A stretch of DNA of 63,420 nucleotides, counting the filler, from Octopus bimaculoides (Eukaryota): the NCBI RefSeq assembly GCF_001194135.2. It is 5 parts of 5 records of this genome, joined end to end, with 100 filler letters (N's around TTAATTAATTAA, not from the genome) between each part and the next. Parts side by side here need not be neighbours in the genome. Positions count along the whole stretch, not along the records: positions 30,970 to 57,160 come from NC_068990.1; 4 more parts are not named here. The stretch is one strand, 5' to 3'. How positions within the stretch are numbered: position 1 is the first letter of the stretch; every line of letters starts with the position of its first letter. This document shows, one piece after another, positions 36,605 to 49,214 of the stretch. The position numbers and the translations under genes were made by a program. Under the pieces are notes generated by a model. That model was not told where the DNA came from and made no database searches. It saw nothing but the letters and a program-made list of their open reading frames with translations.

Positions 36605-39281
36605 GAACAGATCCTCACCTAGTCTCCTTAGTCTCTTGAATACCTTTGTTTTACTATTCTTTCTTATTACACTAAATGTTACTGCTTATCTTCAATGGCA
36701 GTAACCTTAATGGTAGAGTAGTAACACATTACTGAACTTTCCAGCATAGAAGTCAACATAGTATATAATATAAACATGTAGTGTAAACATTCAAACATTA
36801 TCACTATCTTTCCAAATCCTGTTGCATTTCACATGGAATTTTTGGTCCTCCAAAGCCATGTTGGTGTATAAGTCAACCTACCTTTTTTGACTGTAAATTT
36901 TGGTCTGAAAAATTATACTTGTATGCCAGAAAATATGGTAATAGCTGTTACCTAATAAATTAGTTAAGAATATTCCACTTCCCTATTCTAGTCTGACTTT
37001 ATCCAGCACATTATTCTGATGTTAATTATATAGTTTAATTATATAGTTTCATGAGTGGAATGTTATGAAATTTAATTAAAAGATGTCTTTTATTATTAAG
37101 CATACCAGTGAAACAACCAACATTTTATTAACTTCATAATTTCTAGTAATAAACAGCCACAACAAATAATTAGTTCTTGCATATTACAAAAACTATTTCT
37201 ATTTAAGCAAAATTAAAATATTCCTGATGTTTTTATTTTATGTTTATTTAAATTTTTAAAACACTTACTAACTAGGAAAAGCTTTGAAAATCTTTTTTAG
37301 TTTCTTTTGCCTGTAATACATATACACATGCATGCATGTGCATATGCACCCTGCCAACTTACACAGCATAAATATCACTATGGTTTGCTTCAATTTTAAA
37401 TTAAGTACCAAATCAACTAAAGTTGCTAAAAAGTTTACATTGAAAGCACAACAAAGAGACAAAGAACTCTTAACCTGCAGTTTCACACTTTTCTGCAATT
37501 TATATATGATGCTAAAGCAAGATGTGAACTTGACAGACTGCATTGTTGGCTACCTACTTAAAAAGGTAGTAACTCTGAATAAGAAATGATATACAGTAGA
37601 AGGGGCTCTCTAATCTTAGTTCACTTCAGTAGTAGAGACAGCATGATAAAATACACCCACTACCCAATCTGAATAATACGACACAAGAAGTTGGTGTTTT
37701 TTTTTTTTGTGTTGTATGTGCTAGATAACATGGACTGTGACAAATGATGAGACCTGTCCTACCATTGTCAGCATAGAAAAAGAGTTGCAAAATGATGACA
37801 ATAAGGATATGTGTGTGTGTGTGTGTGTATGTGTGTGTACATCATTGTTATAATTTTACATGCATACTCAACAACAAAGTAAACCATCCATCTTTGTTGT
37901 TGTGTATGTCATGCTTTTGGCATGGTTTTTACAGATGATGATGATGATGATGATGATCTTTCTCTCACCAACCACTATTAGTATGAATTAGGTATATTTT
38001 ATCATGTCACCAGTGCTAGAGTTATTGTCTGTAGAAGGTCTAAGGCATCTCTTCTCTCTATTTTGCATAGATCTTATTCAGAGTTTCTATTCTCCTAGAT
38101 ATGTCTCTTCATTGTTGAGAGAAGGTTTGGCTAGTAAGGGATTCAACCTGGTTGACAAGGAGCTCATGTTACCATGATACGGTTGATATTAATCATAGTT
38201 ATCTCTTGGGATCACAGAGGCACTCTTTGTTAAGTGTTCCTTCTACTCTGTATAGTTTTTATTTAAAGTTCCTGCTCCTCTTGGCAGGTTGTCTTCAATT
38301 CAGCATGTGTAGACTACATCTCTACTGCATGATTAAGACAGAACCCTCTTTTTGCATACTGTTGTGTTTGTTTGGGCTTCTATGTTGCTGAGGAGCCACA
38401 TTTTGCATGATGTAAAGAGGGGTTAAGCTACTATGGGAGCTGCATGTCTACAGTTAGTGGAGATTAAGAGATTGTCTCTACCATGTAAACATAGAGAGTA
38501 ACTAGAAAGGAGACCGTCTATGGTGTAGGTAGAGTGAGGACATTTAACTACTAAGGGAACATATCTGCTAGAAATACCAGCCAAGTCTCCCTTAAATTTG
38601 TATCCTGTTATTTTAAATGAATGACAAAAGACAATTTTGTTTTTGTATTTGGTTTGCAAGATTCTTGATGTGAACTCATGTGTTGAAACAGATTTTGTAT
38701 TTTTGGAAGGTAATTGCCAATACTAATCTGGTCTGAAACAGACCTTAAATAGAGAGGATGACGTCATTGATGAGGTTGTGAATAATGACAAAAGGACTTT
38801 GACAAACCTAGATGATTGATTCACTGACCGAATGAGTTAATTGATTAAATAATTAACTAATTGAGTAATTATATTGAAAGAAGTGAAATAGAATTAGTCT
38901 GTATTATTAGCACAATGACTCTCTTGAGATACAACAAAAACATATGACAATGTATTTCCAGCTTTATAAAGTGGTGGGATGGTCACAGATGTAACATTTT
39001 GATCATGGATCTGCTCAGTTCAGTGTTGATTTTGAGCTAAATAGCAACTGCAAAGAAAAAATGAAAAGCAGTCAATCTTAGCAGGATTAGGACTTAGAAC
39101 ATAGAACAGTAAAACTAAATATTTTCTAACACTTGCAGAAGGCTGTAAGTTTTGGGAAAATTTTCTTTTAATAAAAAAAGACCTTAAAATTAAAAATCAT
39201 ATTAATATATTAATCTTGCCATCTTCTTAATCATCATAATTGAACATTTCAAAATAAAGTCTCTCTATTGTATTATTCCAG

Positions 39282-39412
39282 GAAGGATGGTTGTAATCCT
39301 GTTTAAAGAGTAGAAGATCACTTAATAGATGTTACCAATGTAAAGTGGTGAAAAATACAAAGGCAAAATGTTGGCAAAATATGCATTATTCGTGAACAGC
39401 ATTTTGGTGCTT
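39282..39412 (+). CDS. candidate exon with 5' UTR and a signal-peptide-like start (MLAKYALFVNSILVL)
   Basis: tattattccag| acceptor, |gtaagt donor, caaaATG context. All three frames are closed upstream of the ATG. Confidence 0.25.
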
Positions 39413-39598
39413 GTAAGTATTACAATTCTTTCTCAGGATCAGTTGTGTCACAATTGAATATTATTTAAATGAATCAAAACTTATAATTTAATTGAATAGT
39501 CATTTACAACATATTGTTGTTCTGGATTTTCTCCCATATATATTACTTAAACAGATATTTTTCATTAAATGATGAATAATATCTGTTTTTTTAGATTC

Positions 39599-39637
<39 letters not shown>

Positions 39638-39894
39638 ACACCTTCTGTGTGTATACATAACATGTATATGTATGTACGTACATACATATATATACACACA
39701 TACATGCATGCATACATACACTCATTCATTCATTAATTCATTTATTCATTACTGTGTGATAAGAATATACTTCATTGATTTAGTGGTGAATTTATTGACT
39801 GTAATTTTGAACTCTTTACACTCACAGATGTATATATCTATCTATCTGTCTGTCTGCCAGCCTGCCTGCCTGCCTGTCTGTCTGTTTACAGCAC

Positions 39895-39991
39895 AGGCAT
39901 GGTTATATGGTAAGAGGTTTTCTTCTCAATCCCATGGTTCCAGGTTCAGTCCTATTGGATGGCTCTGATGAAAACAGAAAGAAGCCCATCA

Positions 39992-40033
<42 letters not shown>

Positions 40034-40225
40034 TGTTTGTTTCCCACCAGTACTTGATAACTGGTGTTGGCTGGTTTATATCAGCATAACTTAGTGGTTT
40101 AACAAAAGAAACTAACAGAATAAGTACCAGGCTGTAAAAAGTAAGCGTTTAGGTTGATTTGTTTGACTAAAAACCTTCAGGGCAGTTCCCCAGTGTGGCT
40201 GCAGCCCAATGGCTGGAAGGAGTAA
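39895..40225 (+). mobile_element. SINE family A, CpG-depleted
   Basis: Similarity to family A. Confidence 0.75.
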
Positions 40226-40233
40226 TATATATA

Positions 40234-40269
<36 letters not shown>

Positions 40270-40284
40270 TGTATGTATGTATGT

Positions 40285-40324
<40 letters not shown>

Positions 40325-40329
40325 ATGTA

Positions 40330-41622
40330 TGATATCAATCAGTTTCATTTCTGTATTTCTTGTCAATAGAGAAAGAGCCGGACTCTAACATAGATTCAAG
40401 GCTCCTTCATTGGAACTTTTATCAACATCATCTAGGTATTTGTGCATATGTGTGTGTGCAGTATTTGGTGTTAGTGTATGCGCAGATTTGTATGTTTGTT
40501 TTATGGACGTGTTTTTATGTATATATTTTCATGTCTAGGTGTATGCATATGTATTTATGCGCAGATTTGTTTGTTTGTTTTATGGATGCGTTTTTATGTA
40601 TATATTTTCATGTCTAGATGCATGCATATGTATTTATGTGCTAAATTTTTGGAAAGTTTTACATATCTTTACAGTTCCATTGATGGCTTGAATCTGTAGT
40701 CTTCTAATCAGCCTTTTTCTTTCAGGTTTTGAGAACCTTAATTTTTCCAGGTTTTTGTTGAGGCAGTTTGTTACATACCCCAATGCCCCAACAATCATGG
40801 GTATGAATCTGAACTTGTAGTCTGGGTGGAGTATCTGCAAATTTCTCAGTAGCTCGGCGTAGTTGTTCTCTTTTTCTCTAATCTTTAGTGTGATGTTGAC
40901 ATCTGCAGGAGAGCTGATTTCTACTACTGTACACAGTTTCTCTTCTCTGTCCCAGATAACTATATCCGGTCTATTATGTCTGCATTTTATTGAGGTTTTT
41001 ATTGGGACATTCCATCAATACTCTTTCATATTGTGAGTGGTAATGGCCTCTACCTCATTATGGGTTTTCATCTCCTTAGCCCCGGGGTTATCCTGTCGGT
41101 GGATTTCATTGTACAGTGTCTTGGCCACAACATTATGTCTCATAAGTAGGTAATACCATGATGACATTTTTGGACAGCTGCTGATGATGTGGGTGATATC
41201 TTCGATACTGATTCCACAGAGTCTGTATCGGTTATTACATTGTGGCGCTTTGCCTGCCTCTCTGTCCTGTCTGTTTATTAGGAATTTGGTTGCTATTTCT
41301 TGTTCTTGAATAGCAAAGGCATACCCTTCAAAGTGAGAGTTGGTGACCCAATTGTTTGTCCACGATAGACTGCTCTGGTTGTCAATGTTATTATCACCCT
41401 GGAGCTTTCTGTTAACGTATCCACGCATGGTCTTCTGCTGGAATGCATTCATCCTCATCTCTGATGTTATATTATGGTAGAGTCTTGCAATTTCTTTGGG
41501 TAAGAGTTCAGGGTTGTCGAATAAGGAATGCTTGTCAAGTAGTTGCCTTCCCAATCTCATGATGGTATTTACCTCATGTCTGCAGACTTCATCAAGGTGT
41601 GCACTTTGACACTTGGTGGTTA
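40330..41622 (-). mobile_element. 5'-truncated R4/Dong-clade retrotransposon (CCHC finger + restriction-like endonuclease)
   Basis: YRLCGISIEDITHIISSC (CCHC), RHNVVA, HNRPDIVIWD...VEIS...K (PD..E.K nuclease) and IVGALG. 79-bp tandem duplication in the 3' UTR; (TATG)n on both flanks. Confidence 0.88.
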
Positions 41623-41668
41623 TGTATGTATGTATGTATGTATATTTATATATATAATATATATATAT

Positions 41669-42744
41669 ATATCAATTTAAATAAGAGCTATAATGCGATC
41701 CATTGTAAAGACTTTATTAATGACCTATGAATATTTTGATACAATATCCCGACTCACCCCTGTATGTTATAAANNNNNNNNNNNNNNNNNNNNAGGGTCA
41801 AATTTGATTAATTCATAGCAGACAGTAAATAACAGACAACATTAAAACTTGTCTTTAAACAGGTTAAAATGACATGAAACATATTGACACTGCATACAAT
41901 ATCGGTTAAGAAAACCGTTTCATACAATATTGGTTAAGAAAACTGTTTCATTACTTTACTATGAAGCGGTTTTCTTAACCGATATTGTATGCAGTGTCAA
42001 TATGTTTCATGTCATTTTAACCTGTTTAAAGACAACTTTTAATGTTGTCTGTTATTTACTGTCTGCTATGAATTAATCAAATTTGACCCTGAAGAGATAC
42101 AATATTCCATATTTTATAACATACAGGGGTGAGTCGGGATATTGTATCGAAATGTTCATAGGTCATTAATAAAGTTTTTACAATGGATTGCGTTATAGCT
42201 CTTATTTAAATTGATATGCACACAAAATTGTATGATTAACGACCTGTCATATGAGAATTTTGCTATGTTGATAACAGGTACAATATTTTTATCAAATTTT
42301 TGGTAGAGATCTATAAATACAAATATATATAATTTAGAGAAATAAAACAATTCTTGAAATCATCCATGAAAATCCACTCACATAGAAAAATTTAATAAGT
42401 AAATACACTAAAAAGACCTATAATAAAAATACAAAGTAATAAATATTAAAATAGTAAAACGACTACATGTGTTTCATAACCACATTTTCAAATAGAAAAT
42501 CAAATAAAAATCAAATCGATTCAAATTGATTCAAAATAAATTGATCGAAAATCAATTCTATTCAAAAATATAGCTAATCTTCGGGTATTATATATCATAT
42601 TTTATTATATATATTATATTTTATTATATGTATTATATATTATATTGTATATCGTGAAATTTAATTTAATTTTAATTTTGATAAATTAAATTAAATTGAA
42701 ATTTTACCTGTAAATTTGGATTTTTATCCCTAATGTTATTATCA

Positions 42745-42750
<6 letters not shown>
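41669..42750 (+). mobile_element. non-coding hammerhead-bearing element, family 3, with ~270-bp inverted 5' arm
   Basis: 41669-41945 is the reverse complement of ~41965-42217. (TA)n flanks. The 3' end tttatccctaatgttatt resembles the ends of families 1 and 2. Confidence 0.7.
42084..42165 (+). ncRNA. type I hammerhead ribozyme motif (canonical core)
   Basis: Stem I tgacc/ggtca; CTGAAGA (42089-95); 13-bp stem II gatacaatattcc/gggatattgtatc with a G10.1-C11.1 pair; GAAA (42149-52); stem III atg-tt-cat; AUA triplet (42158-60). Confidence 0.8.
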
Positions 42751-42780
<30 letters not shown>

Positions 42781-42781
<1 letters not shown>

Positions 42782-42963
42782 GTGAAGGCGCATGGCTCAG
42801 TGGTTAGAGCATCAAGCTAACGATCGTGAAGTTGTGAGTTCGAATCCTGGACCAGGCTGCATGTTGTTTTCTTGAGCAAGACACTTTATTTCACATTGTT
42901 CCAGTTCACTCAGCTGTAGAAATGAGTTGTGATGTCACAGGTGCCAAGCTGTATCGGCCTTTG
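42781..42963 (+). mobile_element. tRNA-derived SINE family C
   Basis: A box tggctcagtgg and B box gttcgaatcc, followed by a non-tRNA body; truncated by a gap. Confidence 0.85.
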
Positions 42964-43269
42964 NNNNNNNNNNNNNNNNNNNNNNNNNNNNNNNNNNNNN
43001 NNNNNNNNNNNNNNNNNNNNNNNNNNNNNNNNNNNNNNNNNNNNNNNNNNNNNNNNNNNNNNNNNNNNNNNNNNNNNNNNNNNNNNNNNNNNNNNNNNNN
43101 NNNNNNNNNNNNNNNNNNNNNNNNNNNNNNNNNNNNNNNNNNNNNNNNNNNNNNNNNNNNNNNNNNNNNNNNNNNNNNNNNNNNNNTATATACATATACA
43201 GTAAGAAAAAGGGAAGAGGAGAATTTTGATTATTCCCACATGGTGAGTTGTAATGCAATATATATATAT

Positions 43270-45432
43270 ATACATAGAATAAAGGAAGGAAAATGCACAC
43301 AGTTTACATAGTTTTAATATATTTTATGATTAAAAGAGTACTGTGTTTGTTGATTGGTTTCACTTTCGCTAACCATGACATTGAAATTATTGTAATTTCA
43401 TATTTTCTTAAGAAGATTTTAGTCCATGTTGTGCATGGAAGTTTGTAAATGAAATGAATTAACAAGTAGAAAAATCTAAGGAGAAGTAATTGATCGATAT
43501 TATTTGGGACAGGGGAGATAATTGCTCATGTTTTGGGAAGGGGATAAATAATTATACAAAACCTCAAAAGCTAAAGCAGTGAAATGAAGTATTTACACTG
43601 ATGGGTATGTGAACATGAATTAAAGTATATACTGAGACCAAAGTTGGTTATGTGGTCATATCTAAGCATGTTCTATATGTTTCGATAAATAAACTTTCTC
43701 TATTTAAATGTTCTTGTACAGAAATTGTTTCTTTGCACTGGTAGATGGGAAAAACTGTGAAGTTTGGTTGGATAATACCTGCACATCTCTCTATGTGTTC
43801 ACTCAAAGGAATCTGTCTGTACTATGGGAGACAGATCTGTTCCTTATATAGTATGGTTCTCTGGCTAAGTGCCATTCTTGTCTTTCCTATATAGTTATGT
43901 CCACAACATAAACTAGATTCTCAGAAGCACAAGTGAGGTTGGTTTTAATTGTGAACCTCTCTCCTTGTTTGAATAGGAATTCCAAGCCTTCCAACAGGTT
44001 GGGCATGTTCCATAGTTTGGGTGTCCACATTTTTTAACCATTGGTTTCATAGTTGTTGTGTAAAGTTTTGCATTTGTCAGAAGCCATTTTAGCGATTTGT
44101 GTTGCTTTTTGCATTTGATGAATTTATGTTTTCAGAATGTTGTTCATTTTTGGATCCCTAGTGAGCATTGGTAGATTTTGTACAATAGTGTTGTATAACT
44201 CATTGCTTCTAGGGTTGTGAGTTGATATAAGCAATAGTGTTTTGAGATGTGGTGTGTTGTTATGTTTTATTTCCCTTAGTGTTTTAATGCCTAATTTTTT
44301 AGCACACTTAATTCCATCGTCTATAAGTGAGGGTGGATATTGTCTCTCATTTAGTATTGTTCTGAGGTCTTGAAGACAGAGGTCCTGGGTATTTCCGTAA
44401 GACACTTGTGCAAATCCTTTTTTCTGAATTAAAGGGGATATTTCTTCGTGGGGTTGGGGTAAATCAGGATACTAGCAAAAGGATTAAAATTTACTCCTAC
44501 CCCATGAAGATCTAACCAGAATTAAATTAAAGACAATATTTCAGAATTCTGCAGAAAACTATGATTAACAGAAGCTGAAACAACTTCTGACAAATGTGAA
44601 GCTTTACACAACAATCATGAAACCATTGGTTAAAAAATGTGGATGCCCAAACTGTGGAACATGCCCCAACCTGTTGGAAGGCTTGGAATTCCTATTCAAA
44701 GAAGGAGAGAGGTTCACAATTAAAACCAACTTCACTTGTACTTCCGAGAATCTAATTTATGTTAAAATTTGTTCATGTTGTGGACACAACTATACAAGAC
44801 AGAGAAGTATGGCACTTAGACAGAGAGCCACACTACATAAAGAACAACTCTGTCTCCCATAGTACAGACAGATTCCTTTGAGTGAACACATAGAGAGATA
44901 TGCAGGTAGTATCCAACCAAACTTTACAGTTTTCTCCATCTACTAGTGCAAAGAAACAATTTCTGTACAAGAATGTTTAAATAAAGAAAGTTTATTTATT
45001 GAAAAATACAGAACACACCTAAATATGAACGCATAACCAATTTTGGTCTCAGTATATACTTTAATTCATGTTCACATACCCATCACTGTAAATACTTCAT
45101 CTTACTACTTTAAGTTTTGAATTTTTGTATATATATTTATCTCCTTCCCAAAATATGAGCAATCCATAAAACATGAATAATATCGATCACCAATTACGTC
45201 CACTTAGATTTTTCTACTTGTTAATTCATTTCATTCACAAACACCCATACACAACATGGACTAAAATCTTCTTAAAAAAATACGAAATTACAATAATTTC
45301 AATGTCATGATTAGTGAAAGCAAAACCGGTCAACAAGCACAATACTGTTTCAATTATAAAATATATTTAAAAAAATATATTAAAACTATGTAAACTGTGT
45401 GCATTTTCCTTCTTTTATTTTATATGTATAGC
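43270..45432. mobile_element. Penelope-like element 3' part (minus strand) with inverted second copy of GIY-YIG + 3' UTR (plus strand)
   Basis: Minus strand: RNIPFNS..RIC/LRTILNERQYPPSLI thumb region, then GIY-YIG. Plus strand 44590-45035: KKCGCPNCGTC...FTCTSENLIYVKICSCC...LRQRATLH. 43270-44090 is inverted relative to 44585-45432. Confidence 0.85.
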
Positions 45433-45826
45433 TTTTGCATTATGTGTGTGTGTGTATGTGTGTGTGTGTGTGTGTGCGTGTGCATGTGTGTGTGTGTGTG
45501 TGTATGTGTGTGTGTGTGTGCGTGTATTTAGGTGCAAGCATGGTTATGTGGTTAACAAGTTTGCTTTCAAACCATGTGATTTTGAGCTCAGTCCAACTGT
45601 GCAGCATCTTGAGTGAATGTTTTCTACTATATCTCTGGACTGACCAATGCTTTGTGAGGGATTTGGTAGATGGAAAGTAAAAGAAGCCTGTCGTGTATAT
45701 ATATATGTGTGTAATTTTATATTTTTAAATCAATTTTTAAAATTAAATGTTGTTCCTATTTTTATATATGACTATATACACATTTTTTATAATGCCCCAC
45801 TTTTGCATATATCCAGAGGCCTAATA

Positions 45827-45859
<33 letters not shown>

Positions 45860-45864
<5 letters not shown>

Positions 45865-46670
45865 CATGTCTGAAACAGAGTTGAAGGAATATTTATAAAC
45901 ACATAGCCCATAAACTCTGTTTCCATAAAACACAGAGGTTAGAATTTCTACATATTAATCAAATTGCTTATAGAACAATGGACTCCTAGAGAGAAATGCA
46001 CAGAGCAACAACCTTTACAACTATCCACATCCCTTTGTGAATATCAAAGCACAAGATAAGCATATTTCTATACTAACAACACCATGATGTGCTAGATTAA
46101 CAATCCCTGCCTTCCAAATATAAAGAGGAAATATTCTAAATGACAACAAGTAAAACATACCACCTACTTACATTCTTTAGTGAACCCTTAAAATATTCCA
46201 TAACAAAAAAAATTGTCATAGCCAATTGCTAAGTTTTTAAATACTGGACTAAACTTTGAATCTTTGACCTTTATATTGTCAAAATAAAGGATTAAATTCA
46301 ATAAAACCAAAAATAATTAAAAGTACTGACACTTCCTAAACCTACATACATCCTTTTTGTGAACCACTAAAAAACAATCCCATGACCTGAAGAGAACACA
46401 CCTAAATATACACACCTGCTTACAAAGTTCTACATATGTGAATAAATCATAAACAATAACATAATCCCAAATATAATCAGTAAAACTTCTCCCAAAACAC
46501 CTCTCTATCACAACTCACCCTACAACCTAGTTACCATTCCACTCAAACCCACACTCTCCAAGGAAGATTTTAACTCAGCAGAGACTATATAAATCTATAT
46601 TAACTTCAATGCATCATTGTCCGATGATGGCTTCACTTGCTGAAACTTCGAAGTCACTGTCAATAATATT
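45860..46670 (+). mobile_element. heavily decayed element ending in a degenerate hammerhead (probable Penelope-like remnant)
   Basis: cCGATGA-tggc-ttcactt-gct-GAAAC-ttcgaa-GTC at 46621-46655, with palindromic stem III acttcgaagt and a core U4-to-C change. Confidence 0.4.
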
Positions 46671-47073
46671 CTTGTTTTAAAATGACAATGTGTGATGGCT
46701 GTTCATTCCCAATCTTCTGTGAAAAGCATGTAACATGCTTGGAAACAGGTGATGGTTTGTGACAGGAAGAGCACCAAGCTGTAGAAAATCTGTCTCAACT
46801 AATTCTGTCTGATACTAGCGAGTATGGAAAAGTTGTTAAAATGATAATAATGATAATCATGTGTGTTATTTGTATTCTTCCTCTAACAAAAATACAAAGC
46901 TCCATTGTTGGAATGTAGGTAAAAAAAAAAAACAATGTTATATTTTAAACTTGAGAAAAGTCTTGCATAATTTTACTGTTCCACTTGCACATTGTATTTG
47001 TAATGTGTGAGTTAGTTGGTTGATTTCTTTTTCTGGAAACCCTAGCTTATCCAGATTGTCACTTATGTATGTA

Positions 47074-48333
47074 TTGGGTCATCTCATAAATAATGCAGTT
47101 TTTTTAATACTTCTTTTATTTTTCAAAATTAAGATAAGCAAAGTTCTTTTTTAATCTAAAATATACTCTTCATTTTCTACAATGCTCTTCCATCTATCTG
47201 GTAGATTTGCAAGGCCCCTCTTCCAAAATTCACTTGTCTGTAGTGAAAAATTCTCCTCCAGTACTATTCTGACCTCATCTACAGAATTCATATTTTTTCC
47301 ATTCAAATGATTTTGAAGACTGCAGAATAAATGATAATCAGATGGGGCAATGTCCAGCAAATTTGGAGGACGGGGCATCATTTCTCATTCAAACTGCTCT
47401 AGCCTTTGGAATGTTATTCTCGCTGTATGTAGCCGAGTATTATCTTGATGGAAGAATACCTTTCGTCTTGAAACCAAAGATGGTCATTTTCCTTCTAGTG
47501 CTGACTTAAGATGCCCAAGCCGCTTGCAGTAGATCTGTTATCATTTAGTTTGTGTTTAAAAGTTCAAAGTGGACTAATCCTTTCATATCCCACCAAACAG
47601 ATAAGAATACCTTATGTGGGTGAAGACCTTCTTTAGCCTTGTGTAACGGTGTTTCTCCTTTCCCTACCCGCTGTCTTTAGTGCTTGACATTTTTATAGAG
47701 AATCCATTTCTTGTCACCAGTCACTTTTGTGAGACATGGCAGCAAAGAAGAGCACACATTCACTCTCTGTGTGTGATTAGACTTGGAAAGTTTGTGAGGA
47801 ACCCATTGACCCAATTTGCTTACTTTTCTGATGGTACACAGGTGTTGATGAATGGTTGAATGACCAAATCCAAGCTCCTTGCTAGTTCCTCAACAGTTAC
47901 GATGGGATTTTGTTCCACCAGGATTTTCAGGACGTCTTCATTGAGCTCTATAGATCTTCCAGGACAAGGCTTGTCTTCTAGACTGTAGTCTCCAGCTCGG
48001 AATTTCTGGAACCACTGTTGACACTGGCTTACACTTATTGTCCAATCTCCATATACTACATTAATATTCCTTGTATTTTCCATTGCGTTGTTACCTTTAT
48101 TGAAATCATAAAGCAAAATATGCCAAATATGCTCCTTTGTCACTTCCATTATAGCTTTGAAAAATAACTGTTAAAATCGAACTGCACTCTTCAAAACTTG
48201 CACTAAGTATAAAAACAACGTAAAATTACTACCTGCTTTTATAGCAATTTAATGCAGGTAGTTTATTCCATCCCCTCCAACATTTAGTTCATGTAATTGA
48301 AAAAAAACCTGCATTATTTATGGGATGACCTAA
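47074..48333 (-). mobile_element. mariner DNA transposon, decayed, full length (~1.26 kb), same family as 10472-11730
   Basis: TIRs ttgggtcatctcataaataatgc / gcattatttatgggatgacctaa; TA flanks; fragments MEVTKEHIWHILLYDF, WFQKFRAGD and DIAPSDYHLFCSLQNHL. Confidence 0.92.
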
Positions 48334-48344
48334 TAAGTATGTAT

Positions 48345-48885
48345 GTCATTGTTCAGTTTTATTTCAAGATTTCTTGCCAATAGAAAGAGCTAGTTTCTAA
48401 TCTAGATCCAAGGCTCCTTCTTGGAATTTCAACATCAACAACAGGGTATTTTTATGTGCAGATTTGTATGTTTTGCATTATGTATGTATTCTCATGCATA
48501 TAGTTGAATATCTAGACATGTTCATTTATATCTAAATGCTAAACTTCTGGAAAGTTTTACAGATTTTTACAGTTCTAGTGATGGATTGGGTCTGTAGTCT
48601 TCAAATTAGTTTTTTCCTTTCTGGTTTTGAGAAGCTTAATTTTTAATGATTAGTATTTAGGCAGTGGGTTACATATCCCAGGGCCCCAATAGTTACAGGT
48701 ATAAACCTGACCTTGTAATCAGGATAAAATAACTGCAGGTTTCTCAATAGTTCAGCGTAGGTATTCTCTTTTTCACTGATCTTCAGCTTTATGTTAACAT
48801 CTGCTAGGCAGCTCATTTCCATAACTGTACACTATTTCTCTTTTCTATCCCAAATCATTATATCAGGTCTGTTGTGCTTACAGTA
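48345..48885 (-). mobile_element. second 5'-truncated copy of the R4/Dong family
   Basis: HNRPDIMIWD and homology to 40330-41000; (TATG)n flanks. Confidence 0.8.
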
Positions 48886-49214
48886 TGTATGTATGTATGT
48901 ATGTATGTATGTATGTATGTATGTATGTATGTATGTATGCATGCATGTATGTATGTGTGTATGCATGTATTTATGTATGTATGCATGTGTATGTGTGTAC
49001 ATATGCCCACACATATGTTCCTTCTTTCTCTTCTTTTAATTTAGAATAATTTTTGACCAACCACCCACTTTATGGCAAGGTTGTGAAGGAAAGCATCTTG
49101 TCTTGTTCATTCTTTAAATCCTAAGAAGGTCTCGCAGATTTTTATAGTCCCAGATATCATGATCATTTGTAGTGTATCAATTAAGGATTTGTGTTGTATG
49201 TATGTATGTATATA

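Noticed and set aside
42781-42860. tRNA gene
   Set aside because: A and B boxes are present, but there is no acceptor stem and the sequence continues into a SINE body found in several copies.
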